From positions 314 through 64,313 of the forward strand of contig JALTFB010000031.1 of assembly GCA_027007615.1 (NCBI GenBank): 64,000 nt of DNA, written 5' to 3'. This stretch comes from Candidatus Shapirobacteria bacterium. GTDB taxonomy: Bacteria; Patescibacteriota; Microgenomatia; UBA12405; UBA6130. Below, in pieces: positions 9,802 through 19,633 of the stretch. The notes under the pieces were generated by a model that searched no databases, was not told the DNA's origin, and saw nothing but the letters and a program-made list of their open reading frames with translations. A program made the translations under genes and the position numbers. The stretch's first letter is position 1, and every line of letters begins with the position of its first letter.

Positions 9802-10227
9802 ATGGATTTCAATGCTAAACTCGCCCCGCTAGGCTTATTTCCATCTAACTGTATTGTCATCGGTTCCGGCATACTAGATATTCTAGGTCTCCGTAAAAGT
9901 CACGATATCGATCTAGTTATTACTCGAGACAAATATCAAGCACTCAGTAAGAGCAAACAGTTCCGGAAAAAGCGAGTGTTTGATTGTAATATCCTCACCA
10001 ATAACATATTCGAAATTGGTACCGCCTGGAATATTCTTGGGAAAAAACAACGCCTTGAGGACTTATTGCCTTATTCTGTTGTTATAAAAAACGCCCGTTT
10101 TATTGCTTTAGAATTTCTTCTGAAAGTAAAGGAGTCGTGGCTTCAAGAAAAGAAGCCTCCTCGAGAAAAAGATATTATTGACGTCCGTCTAATTTCAGAA
10201 TATCTAAAGCGGCACACTGTTCATTAG
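9802..10227 (+). CDS. Small pol-beta-superfamily nucleotidyltransferase-like protein
   Basis: VIGSGILDILGLRKSHDIDLVI (GS...DxD) and a C-terminal K...REKDIID signature. Confidence 0.6.
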   Translation: MDFNAKLAPLGLFPSNCIVIGSGILDILGLRKSHDIDLVITRDKYQALSKSKQFRKKRVFDCNILTNNIFEIGTAWNILGKKQRLEDLLPYSVVIKNARFIALEFLLKVKESWLQEKKPPREKDIIDVRLISEYLKRHTVH

Positions 10228-10277
10228 TTCAGTACATCTTTAAAACTCAAAAATTAAGGTATAATGTAGCAAGAATA

Positions 10278-10353
10278 CGGGGAGTGGCGCAGCTGGAAGC
10301 GCGCACGCATGGGGTGCGTGAGGCCGCGGGTTCGAATCCCGCCTCCCCGACCA
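10278..10353 (+). tRNA. tRNA-Pro(GGG)
   Basis: CGGGGAG/CTCCCCG acceptor, CACGC-at GGG gt-GCGTG anticodon arm, TTCGAAT T-loop, encoded CCA. TATAAT at 10260-10265. Confidence 0.95.
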
Positions 10354-10386
10354 AACAACACCCACTTGTAAAATTTCTAATATAGC

Positions 10387-11442
10387 CTAAACAAACAAAA
10401 CAATTCCCCCCATCAGCAAAAGCAAAACACCCGCGATCAGGTGAAGATTGCGAATATGCTTTTGGCGTTTTTCTTCCAATTTTTCCAAACTCATCCCCCG
10501 CCAAGCTCCCAGCGTTATCAGCAACATGGGACTGATAAAAACAAAGTTGTAAAGCGCCAACCACAATAGAGCGCGCCGGTAATGCTCACGAGCCGCCAGC
10601 CAGCCGGTAACCACCACATATGGGCCCGAGGTGCAAGGCAGAAGGAAAAAGCTAACCAGCAGCCCTACAGCCGCCGCTGCCAAGGGAGAACCAGCCGACC
10701 GCAACAGCCGCTGCATGGCCGGCCGCCAGCGGCGGGGAACTTCCATTACAAAGCCGCCCGCTCCATAAGCAAAATAATCTTTAATGTTAAAAATCCCCAA
10801 AATAATCGCCAGCGCCGCCACCGCTTTCAAAAAAACTGCGGAAAGATGGCCCATAAAAGCTAAGCGGTATAACCCCAGCCCAAATCCATAATAGGCGGCA
10901 AAAATTGCCGCCGAAAAAGCTAATCCCGCTCTAAAAATTCGCTTTTTTTCTCCCGCCGCCAAAACTGTTGCTAACAGCAAAATGAGAACGGCAAAAGCGC
11001 AAGGATTGATCGCATCCGTAGCGGCTCCCATTAAAACCATCGGCAAAGTTATTGCTGCATTATTTGGAGATTTCACATGAACCGGTGCCGGATTTTGGCT
11101 TTCAACCACACCGGCCAATTTACTAATAATCGGACTATCGCCGAGATAACATTGGCCGTCAATAATAGCCAAAGGAACGCCCGCCTTGGCAATGGGAATA
11201 TTGCATTGTTTTGCCGCTGCCAAAAATTTTTGCCTATTTTCAGAATGTTGGTAAATTTCCAATTGCTCGACTTGCCATTGCGGACCAAGAGGATGGCTTT
11301 GTAAATACGAACGAACCTTTTCACAATGGGGGCACCCTTGGCCCCAAAAAAGCTTTATCTGATGTTGAAAGGCGGCATTTACCCCCAATCGGCCCATTAA
11401 CAAAAACAATCCCAGCACCAAAAATATTATGATTTTTTTCAT
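10387..11442 (-). CDS. Exported glutaredoxin-like (CPHC) domain fused to a CcdA/DsbD-like transmembrane domain
   Basis: Signal peptide, GCPHCEKV, then DAINPCAF and LLPCTSGPY in about 6 TM helices. Confidence 0.82.
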   Translation of the reverse strand: MKKIIIFLVLGLFLLMGRLGVNAAFQHQIKLFWGQGCPHCEKVRSYLQSHPLGPQWQVEQLEIYQHSENRQKFLAAAKQCNIPIAKAGVPLAIIDGQCYLGDSPIISKLAGVVESQNPAPVHVKSPNNAAITLPMVLMGAATDAINPCAFAVLILLLATVLAAGEKKRIFRAGLAFSAAIFAAYYGFGLGLYRLAFMGHLSAVFLKAVAALAIILGIFNIKDYFAYGAGGFVMEVPRRWRPAMQRLLRSAGSPLAAAAVGLLVSFFLLPCTSGPYVVVTGWLAAREHYRRALLWLALYNFVFISPMLLITLGAWRGMSLEKLEEKRQKHIRNLHLIAGVLLLLMGGIVLFV

Positions 11443-11604
11443 TTACTCATATTAACCAATTTCAAACAATCGTTCAATTATAACCCCCTATACAATATCT
11501 CCAAAATTTACCAAAGTATAGCTATAATTAATAATTTCAATATTAACCCAGCTCGCTTCGTTATATTTTATGAATTGCTTTCGGAAGGTCAACAAACTCA
11601 CCCC

Positions 11605-11622
11605 GCGCTAAGAAATTAGCGC
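11605..11622 (-). terminator. Hairpin at the end of the ribosomal superoperon
   Basis: GCGCTAA-tttc-TTAGCGC just after the rpsI stop, but no strong U-tract. Confidence 0.4.
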
Positions 11623-11628
11623 CCGTTT

Positions 11629-12033
11629 TTACCGCTTTGGTGATTGCTTTTTCTTGCGGGCGCGGCCCATCTGCCCCGCCTTGCGCCGTTCGCGAGCCCG
11701 AGCATCAACAGTCAAAAGTTTGGCTTTCTTAAGCGGCTGGCGATAAAGGCTGGTGTTCATTTTTACCAGCGCCCGCGCCAATGCCAAGCGGGTCGCTTCC
11801 GCCTGGCCGCCCAGACCCCCGCCCCGGACTACAATTCGCGCCCAAACTCTTTTGAGAGTATCCGTTACCTCTAAAGGTTGCCGATAAACAGACCGAAAAA
11901 ATTCCCCGGGAAAATACTTTTCTATTGGCTTGCCGTTCACAGTAGTGGGCTGGCGGCCCAAAAAAAGGCGGACTACCGCCCGAGCCGTTTTACGCCTTCC
12001 CACCGCATAAAAGTATTTCTTCTTACTGGTCAT
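11629..12033 (-). CDS. rpsI: 30S ribosomal protein S9
   Basis: GRRKTARAVVRL, GGGLGGQAEA, ARKKKQSPKR. Confidence 0.97.
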   Translation of the reverse strand: MTSKKKYFYAVGRRKTARAVVRLFLGRQPTTVNGKPIEKYFPGEFFRSVYRQPLEVTDTLKRVWARIVVRGGGLGGQAEATRLALARALVKMNTSLYRQPLKKAKLLTVDARARERRKAGQMGRARKKKQSPKR

Positions 12034-12449
12034 TTTTCTTTCAGTTTATCAGCATAAGGGTGCTGATATCCATTAAAAATCTTTAAACGCTTTAATCTTT
12101 CGGCGCGCAACTTATTCTTAGGCAACATTCCCCGCACCGCCAATCTGATAACTCGCGAAGGGTCTTTAGCCATCATTTGCTTAAGAGTTAGTTCTTTCAA
12201 ATTACCCAAATAGCCCGTATGGTGATAGTACATTTTCTGTTTCATTTTCCGGCCAGTGAAGACCACCTTGGCGGCATTGGTCACCACAACATAATCGCCC
12301 ATATCCAAATAAGGGGCATAGTTTGGCCTGTGTTTGCCAATCAGCCATTGGGACGCTTGAGTCGCCAGGCGCCCCAAAATTTTATTTTCAGCATTGATTA
12401 AATGCCAATCTCGCTTGATGTCTTTTGCCCGCGGCGCATAGGTTTTCAT
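12030..12449 (-). CDS. rplM: 50S ribosomal protein L13
   Basis: WHLINA...LGRLA, GDYVVVTNA, AVRGMLPKN. Confidence 0.97.
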   Translation of the reverse strand: MKTYAPRAKDIKRDWHLINAENKILGRLATQASQWLIGKHRPNYAPYLDMGDYVVVTNAAKVVFTGRKMKQKMYYHHTGYLGNLKELTLKQMMAKDPSRVIRLAVRGMLPKNKLRAERLKRLKIFNGYQHPYADKLKEK

Positions 12450-12943
12450 TTCCTGCCGCCTTTCTTCATTTCTGTTGCTTTCCCCGACCCGGCCGGCTTC
12501 GGACTGGCCTTAGGTTTACCGGCTTTAGGCTTGGCTCCCCGTTTCTCTGCCTTCAGCGGTAGCTTAGATTTTTTTGCTTCTTTCTTAATTTCCACCGGCT
12601 GGCTAAATTCCAAACGATACATTGCAGTGCTGTCACCCCGCCGCTGCCGCCAGGGCCTGATGCGGGTAAAGCCGCTTTCCCCCTTCAACTGGCTAAAAAC
12701 TTCCACCAAGTGATTGACAAAATGCTGGTCGGGCCAAAAACGGAAAAGATGGCGGCGGCCGGCCAAGCTGCCCGACTTGCCGCGGCTAATCAGGCGTTCT
12801 ACCAAGCGCTGGGTAGCAATTATCTTTGCCCTGCTTGATTTAATTCGACCATGCAGGAAGAAAGCCCGCGCCAGGTTCTTTAAAAGCGCTCGCCGATGAT
12901 CATAATCCCGGCTTAGCTTGCGTGTCTTCTTTCGATGGCGCAT
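12446..12943 (-). CDS. rplQ: 50S ribosomal protein L17 with basic C-terminal tail
   Basis: MRHRKKTRKLSR...HRRALLKNL, GFTRI...RRGD. Confidence 0.95.
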   Translation of the reverse strand: MRHRKKTRKLSRDYDHRRALLKNLARAFFLHGRIKSSRAKIIATQRLVERLISRGKSGSLAGRRHLFRFWPDQHFVNHLVEVFSQLKGESGFTRIRPWRQRRGDSTAMYRLEFSQPVEIKKEAKKSKLPLKAEKRGAKPKAGKPKASPKPAGSGKATEMKKGGRK

Positions 12944-12944
12944 T

Positions 12945-13868
12945 TTATTTTACTGCTAAACCTTTCTTGGCCAAAAATTTTATTAACTCTACGGCCGATT
13001 TATCGCCTACGTTTTTAATCTTATCAATATCATCACGGTTAATATCTTTAAAATCCGAGAGCTTTTTGTAACCCGCTTTTTTAAGGGCATTAATAAGCCT
13101 TACCGGCAACTCAAATTCATCGATAATTAAATTTTCCGGAGCCTTTAAGGCTTTTTTTGTCGATGAGCGGACCGCTTTCGCTCTCCTTGTCGGCTTGGAA
13201 TCGCGCACAGCGCTAAAAACGTCAACTAAAATGTCCGCCGCTTGTTTTACCGCCTCCGAGGGCGATAGGGTGCCATCTGTTTCTATCTCTAGGCGCAGCT
13301 GGTCATAGTTTGTCTTCCTGCCAACACGGACAGATTTCACCTGATAGCCAACTTTTTTAACCGGGCTATAAAGAGCGTCTACGGCAATCAACCCCATTTT
13401 GTCAACCTTGCGCTCTTTAGCCAGAGAATAACCCACCCCATAGTCAGCGGTAAACTTAATTTTTAAGCGACTGTCTTTATTGGCCAAATGAGCCAGTTCC
13501 AGATTCTTATTAACGATTTCTACGCCAGCCGGCAATTGGATATCGGCCGCTTTAACCACACCGGGGCCCGTTTTATCTAATTCCATCTTGAAAGAGCCTT
13601 TCTTCTGAGCCTTGATGCGAATTTGCTTGGTATTTAAAATAATCTCCAAAACATCTTCCTTAACGCCTTTCAGGCTAGCAAAAAGATGGCGGGCGCCTTG
13701 AACTTTAACTTGGCTCACCGCCCAGCCCGATAAAGCTGAAAGAAGCGTCCGGCGGAAACTGTTCCCCAAGGTATACCCGAAACCCTGGAATAAGGGGCCA
13801 ATAACAAAAACACCGTTTGTTTTTGTCTGGTCTTTTTTAATAATCGTAAACTGAGTGAAATCCATCAC
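12945..13868 (-). CDS. rpoA: RNA polymerase alpha subunit
   Basis: GFGYTLGNSFRRTLLS, GVKEDVLEIILN, DALYSPV, alpha-CTD NVGDKS. Confidence 0.97.
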   Translation of the reverse strand: MMDFTQFTIIKKDQTKTNGVFVIGPLFQGFGYTLGNSFRRTLLSALSGWAVSQVKVQGARHLFASLKGVKEDVLEIILNTKQIRIKAQKKGSFKMELDKTGPGVVKAADIQLPAGVEIVNKNLELAHLANKDSRLKIKFTADYGVGYSLAKERKVDKMGLIAVDALYSPVKKVGYQVKSVRVGRKTNYDQLRLEIETDGTLSPSEAVKQAADILVDVFSAVRDSKPTRRAKAVRSSTKKALKAPENLIIDEFELPVRLINALKKAGYKKLSDFKDINRDDIDKIKNVGDKSAVELIKFLAKKGLAVK

Positions 13869-13888
13869 TGTCCTCCTTTAAATAAATT

Positions 13889-14503
13889 TTAACGTGAGTA
13901 AAACTCAACAACTAAGCTTTCATTGACATCTTGCGGCATTTCTTTTCTAACCGGCAAACGCACTATTTCTCCCCTTACTCCCGCCTTTTTCAACCAGGCC
14001 GGCGGTTTGTAGTCGCTTTTCAGCCATTCTGCTATATAAGTTATTGCCTTAGCTTTTTTCCCCAAAGCAATTTTATCACCAATGCGTACAGCATAAGAAG
14101 AAACTTTAACCTTCTTGCCGTTAACTTGGACATGGCCGCTGCGAATCAATTGGCGGGCGGATGCCCGCGAAGGGGCAAATCCAAGCCGATAAACAACGTT
14201 GTCAAGGCGCATTTCCAAATTGGCCAATAAAAGCATGCCCCTGTTTTCCGTCTGTTGCAAACGAAGATAATAATTTTTAAACTGGCGTTCGGAAACACCA
14301 TAAAGGCGCTTTGTCTTTTGCTTTTCTCGCAGCTGTAAACCGTATTCCGATTTTCTAAAACTGCGCCTCAGGCCATGCACTCCGGGCGGAACCGCCCCTT
14401 TCTTCTCCAAAGGGCACTTGGGCGAAAAACAGCGGGCGCCTTTTAAAAAGAGTTTCGTGCCCTCACGACGGCAAATCCGGCATTTTATAGCTCCCTGTTT
14501 CAT
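13889..14503 (-). CDS. rpsD: 30S ribosomal protein S4
   Basis: CRICRREG, SEYGLQLREKQK, LEMRLDNVVYRLGFA, VVEFYSR. Confidence 0.97.
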   Translation of the reverse strand: MKQGAIKCRICRREGTKLFLKGARCFSPKCPLEKKGAVPPGVHGLRRSFRKSEYGLQLREKQKTKRLYGVSERQFKNYYLRLQQTENRGMLLLANLEMRLDNVVYRLGFAPSRASARQLIRSGHVQVNGKKVKVSSYAVRIGDKIALGKKAKAITYIAEWLKSDYKPPAWLKKAGVRGEIVRLPVRKEMPQDVNESLVVEFYSR

Positions 14504-14504
14504 A

Positions 14505-14933
14505 TTAGCCCTTCTTCATTTTCGGTGGTCGGGGACCATTGTGAGGAATCGGAGTAACATCGGAGATGGAAATAACATCCAAATCCCTCTTGGCCCGTAA
14601 AACTTTTAATCCCGCTTCCCGGCCCGGACCCGGCCCTTTAACAAAAACTCTGGCCCTTTTCAGCCCCAATTGCACCGCTTTATCCAAACCTTGGGTGACA
14701 GTGGTAATTGCCGCATAAGGCGTCGATTTCCGAGTTCCGCTAAAACCCAAATTGCCTGAAGATATCCAGGCAGCCACTTTCCCATCCACATCCGTAATGG
14801 TTACAATCGTATTGTTAAAAGTGGCATTTATATAGATTCTGCCCTCCACCAAAGGCATTTTTTGTTTTTGCTTTTTCTTTTTTTTTACTTTTTTTATTAT
14901 TTTTTTAACCTTTTTCTCGGTTTTTTTAGCCAT
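14505..14933 (-). CDS. rpsK: 30S ribosomal protein S11
   Basis: ATFNNTIVTITD, RKSTPYAA, GPGPGRE, DVTPIPHNG. Confidence 0.97.
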   Translation of the reverse strand: MAKKTEKKVKKIIKKVKKKKKQKQKMPLVEGRIYINATFNNTIVTITDVDGKVAAWISSGNLGFSGTRKSTPYAAITTVTQGLDKAVQLGLKRARVFVKGPGPGREAGLKVLRAKRDLDVISISDVTPIPHNGPRPPKMKKG

Positions 14934-14948
14934 GGATACCTCCTAATT

Positions 14949-15350
14949 CTACTTCGCCTTTTTTTGACTATCTAACTTTGTCCACATTTCCTTTGTCAAT
15001 GCCCCTACTGTTTTCCGTTTGCCTTTGCGAGTCCGGGCGTTATCCCTAGTGCGCTGTCCTCTCACCGGTAACCCGGCTATATGCCTCAATCCTCGATAGG
15101 CTTTAATAATTTTTAAACGGGCAATATTGGCCCGAATTTCCTGCCGCAACTCTCCCTCGATTTTATACTTTTCCAATAAAGCTAAAATCCTAGCCTTTTC
15201 TCCTCCCGTTAATTTTGCCACCCTCTTTGCTTCCGATAATTTCGCCTGCTTTAAAATCTTTCGTGCCCGCGTCCGGCCAATCCCATAAACCTTAGTCAGG
15301 CCTATTTCCAACCGCTCTTTATCGGGGATTTCAATACCGCCAAGACGCAT
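14949..15350 (-). CDS. rpsM: 30S ribosomal protein S13
   Basis: YGIGRTRA, YRGLRH...LPVRGQRTRDNARTRKG. Confidence 0.97.
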   Translation of the reverse strand: MRLGGIEIPDKERLEIGLTKVYGIGRTRARKILKQAKLSEAKRVAKLTGGEKARILALLEKYKIEGELRQEIRANIARLKIIKAYRGLRHIAGLPVRGQRTRDNARTRKGKRKTVGALTKEMWTKLDSQKKAK

Positions 15351-15352
15351 TT

Positions 15353-15466
15353 TTACCCCTGGCGCTGTTTATGCCTTGGATTTTTACAAATAACATACAA
15401 ATGGCCGCGCCGCCTGACAATGCGACAATCACGGCATCGTTTTTTAATACTCGACTGCACTTTCAT
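15353..15466 (-). CDS. rpmJ: 50S ribosomal protein L36 (Zn type), missed by the ORF track
   Basis: [37 protein letters not shown]. Confidence 0.96.
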   Translation of the reverse strand: MKVQSSIKKRCRDCRIVRRRGHLYVICKNPRHKQRQG

Positions 15467-15468
15467 AA

Positions 15469-15690
15469 TTATTTTTCCCTATAAACAATCCGCCCCTTGC
15501 TCAAATCGTAGGCCGATATTTCTACTTTAACGGTGTCGCCCGGAATAACTCTCACATAGTGAACCTTCATCCGGCCGGCCAAATAAGCGAAAATTTCTTT
15601 ACCGCTATCTAGTTTAACCCGAAAAGTGGTATCCGGCAAAGCCTTAACAACCATACCCCTCACTATAATTTTATCTTCTTGTTTAACCAT
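15469..15690 (-). CDS. infA: Translation initiation factor IF-1
   Basis: [11 protein letters not shown]...[11 protein letters not shown]. Confidence 0.96.
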   Translation of the reverse strand: MVKQEDKIIVRGMVVKALPDTTFRVKLDSGKEIFAYLAGRMKVHYVRVIPGDTVKVEISAYDLSKGRIVYREK

Positions 15691-16444
15691 GAACTTCTTT
15701 CTCCCACAAATAAGGGGTTAGGACTTGGCCGCCGCTTTTGGCCACCACTACCGTTTTCTCAAAAAGCGCTGATATTTTACCATCCTTGGTGACAATTGTC
15801 CAGCCATCGCCGGAAACCGCTAATCCCGAATCGCCAACAGAATAAATAACTTCTATCGCTAACGTTTCTCGGGATTTTAATTGATAATCTCCCATTTGTC
15901 CATCCACAAAACCGGGGATGAAGGGTTTGTCATGCAATTTCTTGCCAACACCATGGCCGGTCAAATTCCGCGAACAGTAACCTATCCCGCTCCCCTCGAT
16001 AGTTTTTTGGATTGCCCGGGAAATGTCCCTAACTTTATTGCCGTTTTTAGCTTGGGCAATAGCTTCTGCCAAAGCTTTCTGGCCGGCGGCTAAGAAATCA
16101 TGGTAGCGATCACTTCCCAGCTCCCAACTGTAAGCCATGTCAGTATTGTAGCCTCGGTAATACACCCCCATGTCTAAGCTAATCAAATCTCCGCTACGAA
16201 ATTGTTTCTGGTCGGGTATCCCGTGGACGATTCCCTCATTTAGGTTAATGCACGTCGCCCAGCGGTAACCCGGCACTCGACTAAAAGCCGGCTCCGCCCC
16301 TGCCTGCCGAATAAAATTACTGGCAAAATTTTCAGCCTCAATCAACTTCTTGCCCGGGCGGATGAATTCTCGCGTGGCCGCCAAAGCCCGCGCTAAAATC
16401 AATCCTCCCGCCCGCATGGCGCCAATTCTCTCAGCGGCCTTCAT
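15683..16444 (-). CDS. map: Methionine aminopeptidase type I
   Basis: VHGIP, SLDMG...TD, GHGVG..LH, AIE, FEKT. Likely start MKAAERI. Confidence 0.93.
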   Translation of the reverse strand: MKAAERIGAMRAGGLILARALAATREFIRPGKKLIEAENFASNFIRQAGAEPAFSRVPGYRWATCINLNEGIVHGIPDQKQFRSGDLISLDMGVYYRGYNTDMAYSWELGSDRYHDFLAAGQKALAEAIAQAKNGNKVRDISRAIQKTIEGSGIGYCSRNLTGHGVGKKLHDKPFIPGFVDGQMGDYQLKSRETLAIEVIYSVGDSGLAVSGDGWTIVTKDGKISALFEKTVVVAKSGGQVLTPYLWEKEVHG

Positions 16445-17033
16445 TAAAACGTGTGGCCAACATAGCTGCCAGATCATCATTAATAACACTAACAACACGA
16501 GCGCCATCCACGGGAATAAGAATGCCTTTTTGGCGATAATATTTTTTTATGCTACTAATATTCCGCTTATAAAAAGCAAGCCTTTGGCGTAAAATATTTT
16601 CTTTATCGTCTTGACGCCCCGGTTGGAACGGCTTCCCTTGGGACTCCATTTGCCGCCGGCGGGATATAATCACCCTATCTGGCAATTCCAATAAAACAAC
16701 TCCATCCAACGGGCAGCCGTGGCGCTGCAAAAATTCATCAAGCAATTTTGCTTGATTTAAAGTGCGAGGAACCCCGTCAATAATAAAGCCGCCGGGAAGT
16801 ATCTTTTTTAAAGCGCGGAAGAGAACTGCCAAAGTAAGTTCGTCCGGCGCCAATTTGCCAACGTCAAGAAATTTCCGGAGCTTTCCCCCAAGCCCTGTTT
16901 CCCGTTTCACTTCCCGCCGGAAAAGATCTCCCACGGAAAGATGCGCCAATCCAAATTGCCTAGCCAAAAGCGCGGCTTGCGTTCCCTTGCCACCGCCGGA
17001 AGGGCCCAAAATTGCCAAACGTAAATTATTCAT
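16431..17033 (-). CDS. adk: Adenylate kinase (short-LID type)
   Basis: GPSGGGKGTQA, HLSVGDLFR, GFIIDGVPRT, RQDD. Confidence 0.93.
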   Translation of the reverse strand: MNNLRLAILGPSGGGKGTQAALLARQFGLAHLSVGDLFRREVKRETGLGGKLRKFLDVGKLAPDELTLAVLFRALKKILPGGFIIDGVPRTLNQAKLLDEFLQRHGCPLDGVVLLELPDRVIISRRRQMESQGKPFQPGRQDDKENILRQRLAFYKRNISSIKKYYRQKGILIPVDGARVVSVINDDLAAMLATRFNEGR

Positions 17034-17034
17034 T

Positions 17035-18327
17035 TTAAAAATCGTGGTCATAATTCCAGGTTTGAACAACATTCTCTAAAAGGCGATGGATTTCTAAGAG
17101 AACAGAGACAACAATCAAAATTCCTGTTCCCCCCAAGGCCATACTGGAAACATGGGTTAAACGCTGCGCCAATGATGGCAAAACAGCTACCAAGCCCAAA
17201 AAGACAGCTCCGATAAAAGTTACCCTTGAAAGCAGGAACGCAAGCCTTTCTTTAGTCGCTTCCCCGGGCCTAACTCCGGGGATAAAGCCGCCCGATTTCC
17301 GCAAGCGATCGGCCACATCTTCCGGATTAAAAACCACCGTGGTGTAAAAATATGTGAAAATCACCACCAAAAAGAAGTAGCCTAGATTATAAATAAGGCT
17401 TCCGGGTTGAAGCTGTTGGGACATTATTTGTCCCAAATGGGCCAGCGCCGGATTGGGCAAATGCTGCAAAACGCCGCTGATCATCGAGGGCACCGTCACC
17501 AAGGAAAGAGCAAAAATAATCGGCATTACGCCGGCCGTATTAACCTTCAAAGGGAGATAGCTCATCTGGCCTCCATAAACCTGGCCTCCGGAAATGCGCC
17601 GGGCATAGTTTATGGGTACCCGCAAAAAAGCTTCATCCACCATAACGATGGCCGCTATCAATAAAACCATCAAGCCAAAGAAAAACAAAAGAGGGAAAGG
17701 GTTGGTGCCGGCAAAACTCGTTAATGTTTGGAAAATAGCTACCGGATAACGCGCTAAAATTCCCACCAAAATAATTATTGATACCCCATGACCAATGCCA
17801 TATTCATTTATTAGCTCTCCCAAAAACACCAAAACAACCGTGCCGGCCGTCATTGTAAAAGCCAATAAAAAAATTTGCGGTAATGTTAAGGTTCCCAAAA
17901 GGCGTTGGCTCCTAAGCAAAAAGGCCATTCCCAAACCCTGAAGAAACGCCAACGGCACCGTCAAAAGGCGAGTATATTGGTTTAATTTGCGCTGGCCGTA
18001 TTCGCCCTCCTTGCGCAATTCGTCAATCTTGGGCATCACAAAAGCTAAGAGTTGAAAAATTACCGAGGCATTAATGTAAGGGTTTAATCCCAGAGCAATT
18101 ATTGAAAAATTAACCAGGGTACCCCCGGAAAAGATATCTAAGAGGGCGAAAAATTGGTTTTGGGCAAAGAAATTTTTCAGCAAAGAAGTGTCAACGCCCG
18201 GAGCGGGCAGATGGGCTAAAAGCCGAAACCAGACTAAAATAAGCAGCGTAATCCAAAATTTATGGCGGATTTGCGGAATCCGGGCCGCTTGCCAATAAAC
18301 CGCTAACGATTTTCTTACATCAACCAT
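17035..18327 (-). CDS. secY: Preprotein translocase SecY
   Basis: FSIIALGLNPYINASVIFQL, GIGHGVS, AGVMPIIFA, GGFIPGVRPG. Confidence 0.98.
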   Translation of the reverse strand: MVDVRKSLAVYWQAARIPQIRHKFWITLLILVWFRLLAHLPAPGVDTSLLKNFFAQNQFFALLDIFSGGTLVNFSIIALGLNPYINASVIFQLLAFVMPKIDELRKEGEYGQRKLNQYTRLLTVPLAFLQGLGMAFLLRSQRLLGTLTLPQIFLLAFTMTAGTVVLVFLGELINEYGIGHGVSIIILVGILARYPVAIFQTLTSFAGTNPFPLLFFFGLMVLLIAAIVMVDEAFLRVPINYARRISGGQVYGGQMSYLPLKVNTAGVMPIIFALSLVTVPSMISGVLQHLPNPALAHLGQIMSQQLQPGSLIYNLGYFFLVVIFTYFYTTVVFNPEDVADRLRKSGGFIPGVRPGEATKERLAFLLSRVTFIGAVFLGLVAVLPSLAQRLTHVSSMALGGTGILIVVSVLLEIHRLLENVVQTWNYDHDF

Positions 18328-18787
18328 GCTCTTTTTCTTTCACCGCTATGACTTGGCCACCCGCCTTAATAATCGCCGCTGCCGCGTTTTTCGTGATCGG
18401 AAGGGCGACTTTAAGCGCTTTTGTCACTCGGCCTTGAAAAACAACCTTAGGTTTATAAGAATAATCCGGCCCCTTTATTTTTTTGTGCCGCCGCAAAAAG
18501 GCCAAATCGATAATTGTTCCCGGTTTTGCTTTCCGTTCAAGCCAATCCAAAGAAACAGGCACCTTTATGTACCTGCCCCTATTATTACGGCCGCGCCAGA
18601 CCGGAAGCCGCCTTAACAACGATTTCTTATTTTTCGTCCCTTCAAACAATAAGCCGACCTTACCGCGGGCTTTTTTTCCTTTACTGCCCCTGCCGGACGT
18701 ATGCCCCCCCTTACCGGAGCCATAACCTCGCCCTAATCTTTTAGCTGAGTGTTTTACTAATGAAGGGAGCTGCTGTAAGTTAATCAT
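18320..18787 (-). CDS. rplO: 50S ribosomal protein L15
   Basis: KRLGRGYGSGKGGHTSGRGSKG, FEG, IIKAGG. Confidence 0.95.
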   Translation of the reverse strand: MINLQQLPSLVKHSAKRLGRGYGSGKGGHTSGRGSKGKKARGKVGLLFEGTKNKKSLLRRLPVWRGRNNRGRYIKVPVSLDWLERKAKPGTIIDLAFLRRHKKIKGPDYSYKPKVVFQGRVTKALKVALPITKNAAAAIIKAGGQVIAVKEKEHG

Positions 18788-19263
18788 TTTTCTCCTGCAA
18801 ATTGTTTAAATGCCTCGAATACCGCGTAGGCTACCGACGTTTGGTTGCGTGATCCTAAAATTTTGGCAACCACATTGGTAACTCCGCTAACCTCCAAAAT
18901 GCTTCTTGCCGCACCGCCGGCAATAAGCCCCGTCCCGCCGCGGGCCGGCTTTAGCATTAGTTTGGTCGCCTTAAATTTTATTTCTAAAGGATAAGGGATT
19001 GTTTTTATGTCGCTGTCAAGGGTGATTTTAACCATTGCCTTTTCAGCCTTATGCATAGCCTTGCGAATTGCCGAGCCAACATCTTTTGCTTTTGCTAAAG
19101 CCACACCTAACTTTCCGGCCCCATCGCCGACGGCTACTAAAGCTGTAAAGCCTATCTGATTGCCCCCTTTCGTCTTTTTGGAAACACGCTTAATTTTAAT
19201 CACCTTGCTATCAAAACCGCTATCGCTTTCTCTTCTATTTTGTCTATTTGATTTATTAAACAT
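18784..19263 (-). CDS. rpsE: 30S ribosomal protein S5
   Basis: RVSKKTKGG...FTALVAVGD, PARGGTGLIAGG. Confidence 0.96.
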   Translation of the reverse strand: MFNKSNRQNRRESDSGFDSKVIKIKRVSKKTKGGNQIGFTALVAVGDGAGKLGVALAKAKDVGSAIRKAMHKAEKAMVKITLDSDIKTIPYPLEIKFKATKLMLKPARGGTGLIAGGAARSILEVSGVTNVVAKILGSRNQTSVAYAVFEAFKQFAGEK

Positions 19264-19274
19264 TTTTAAAAAAA

Positions 19275-19631
19275 TTAAAATTTTAACCCTCCGGCGCGAG
19301 CGCCTTCCGCTAAAGCTTTCACACGACCATGGTAAACATATCCTCCACGGTCAAAAACAACTCGCTTGAGACCTTGCTTGACAGCCTTTTCGGCCAAAAA
19401 TTGGCCTAATATCCGGGCTGTTTTCAGGCGAGATTGGTGTTGTTTGCGATATTTAGGCAATTTGAAAAGGGCTTTTGTAGAATAAGCCAATAAAACCCGT
19501 CCCGTGGTCAAATCTATAATTTGCACCCAAAGATGCCTATTGGAACGGAAAACTGTTAGCTTCCGCTTACGTTTCCCATACCTGATTTTCTGCCTGACTC
19601 GCTGCTGGCGCTGTTTCATTTGCTTTTTCAT
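19275..19631 (-). CDS. rplR: 50S ribosomal protein L18
   Basis: VFRSNRHLWVQIID, VVFDRGGYVYHGRVKALAEGARAGGLKF. Confidence 0.96.
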   Translation of the reverse strand: MKKQMKQRQQRVRQKIRYGKRKRKLTVFRSNRHLWVQIIDLTTGRVLLAYSTKALFKLPKYRKQHQSRLKTARILGQFLAEKAVKQGLKRVVFDRGGYVYHGRVKALAEGARAGGLKF

Positions 19632-19633
19632 TT

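Noticed and set aside
10247-10564. 105-aa minus-strand ORF
   Set aside because: It is antisense to tRNA-Pro and overlaps the ccdA-like gene in another frame. Shadow ORF.
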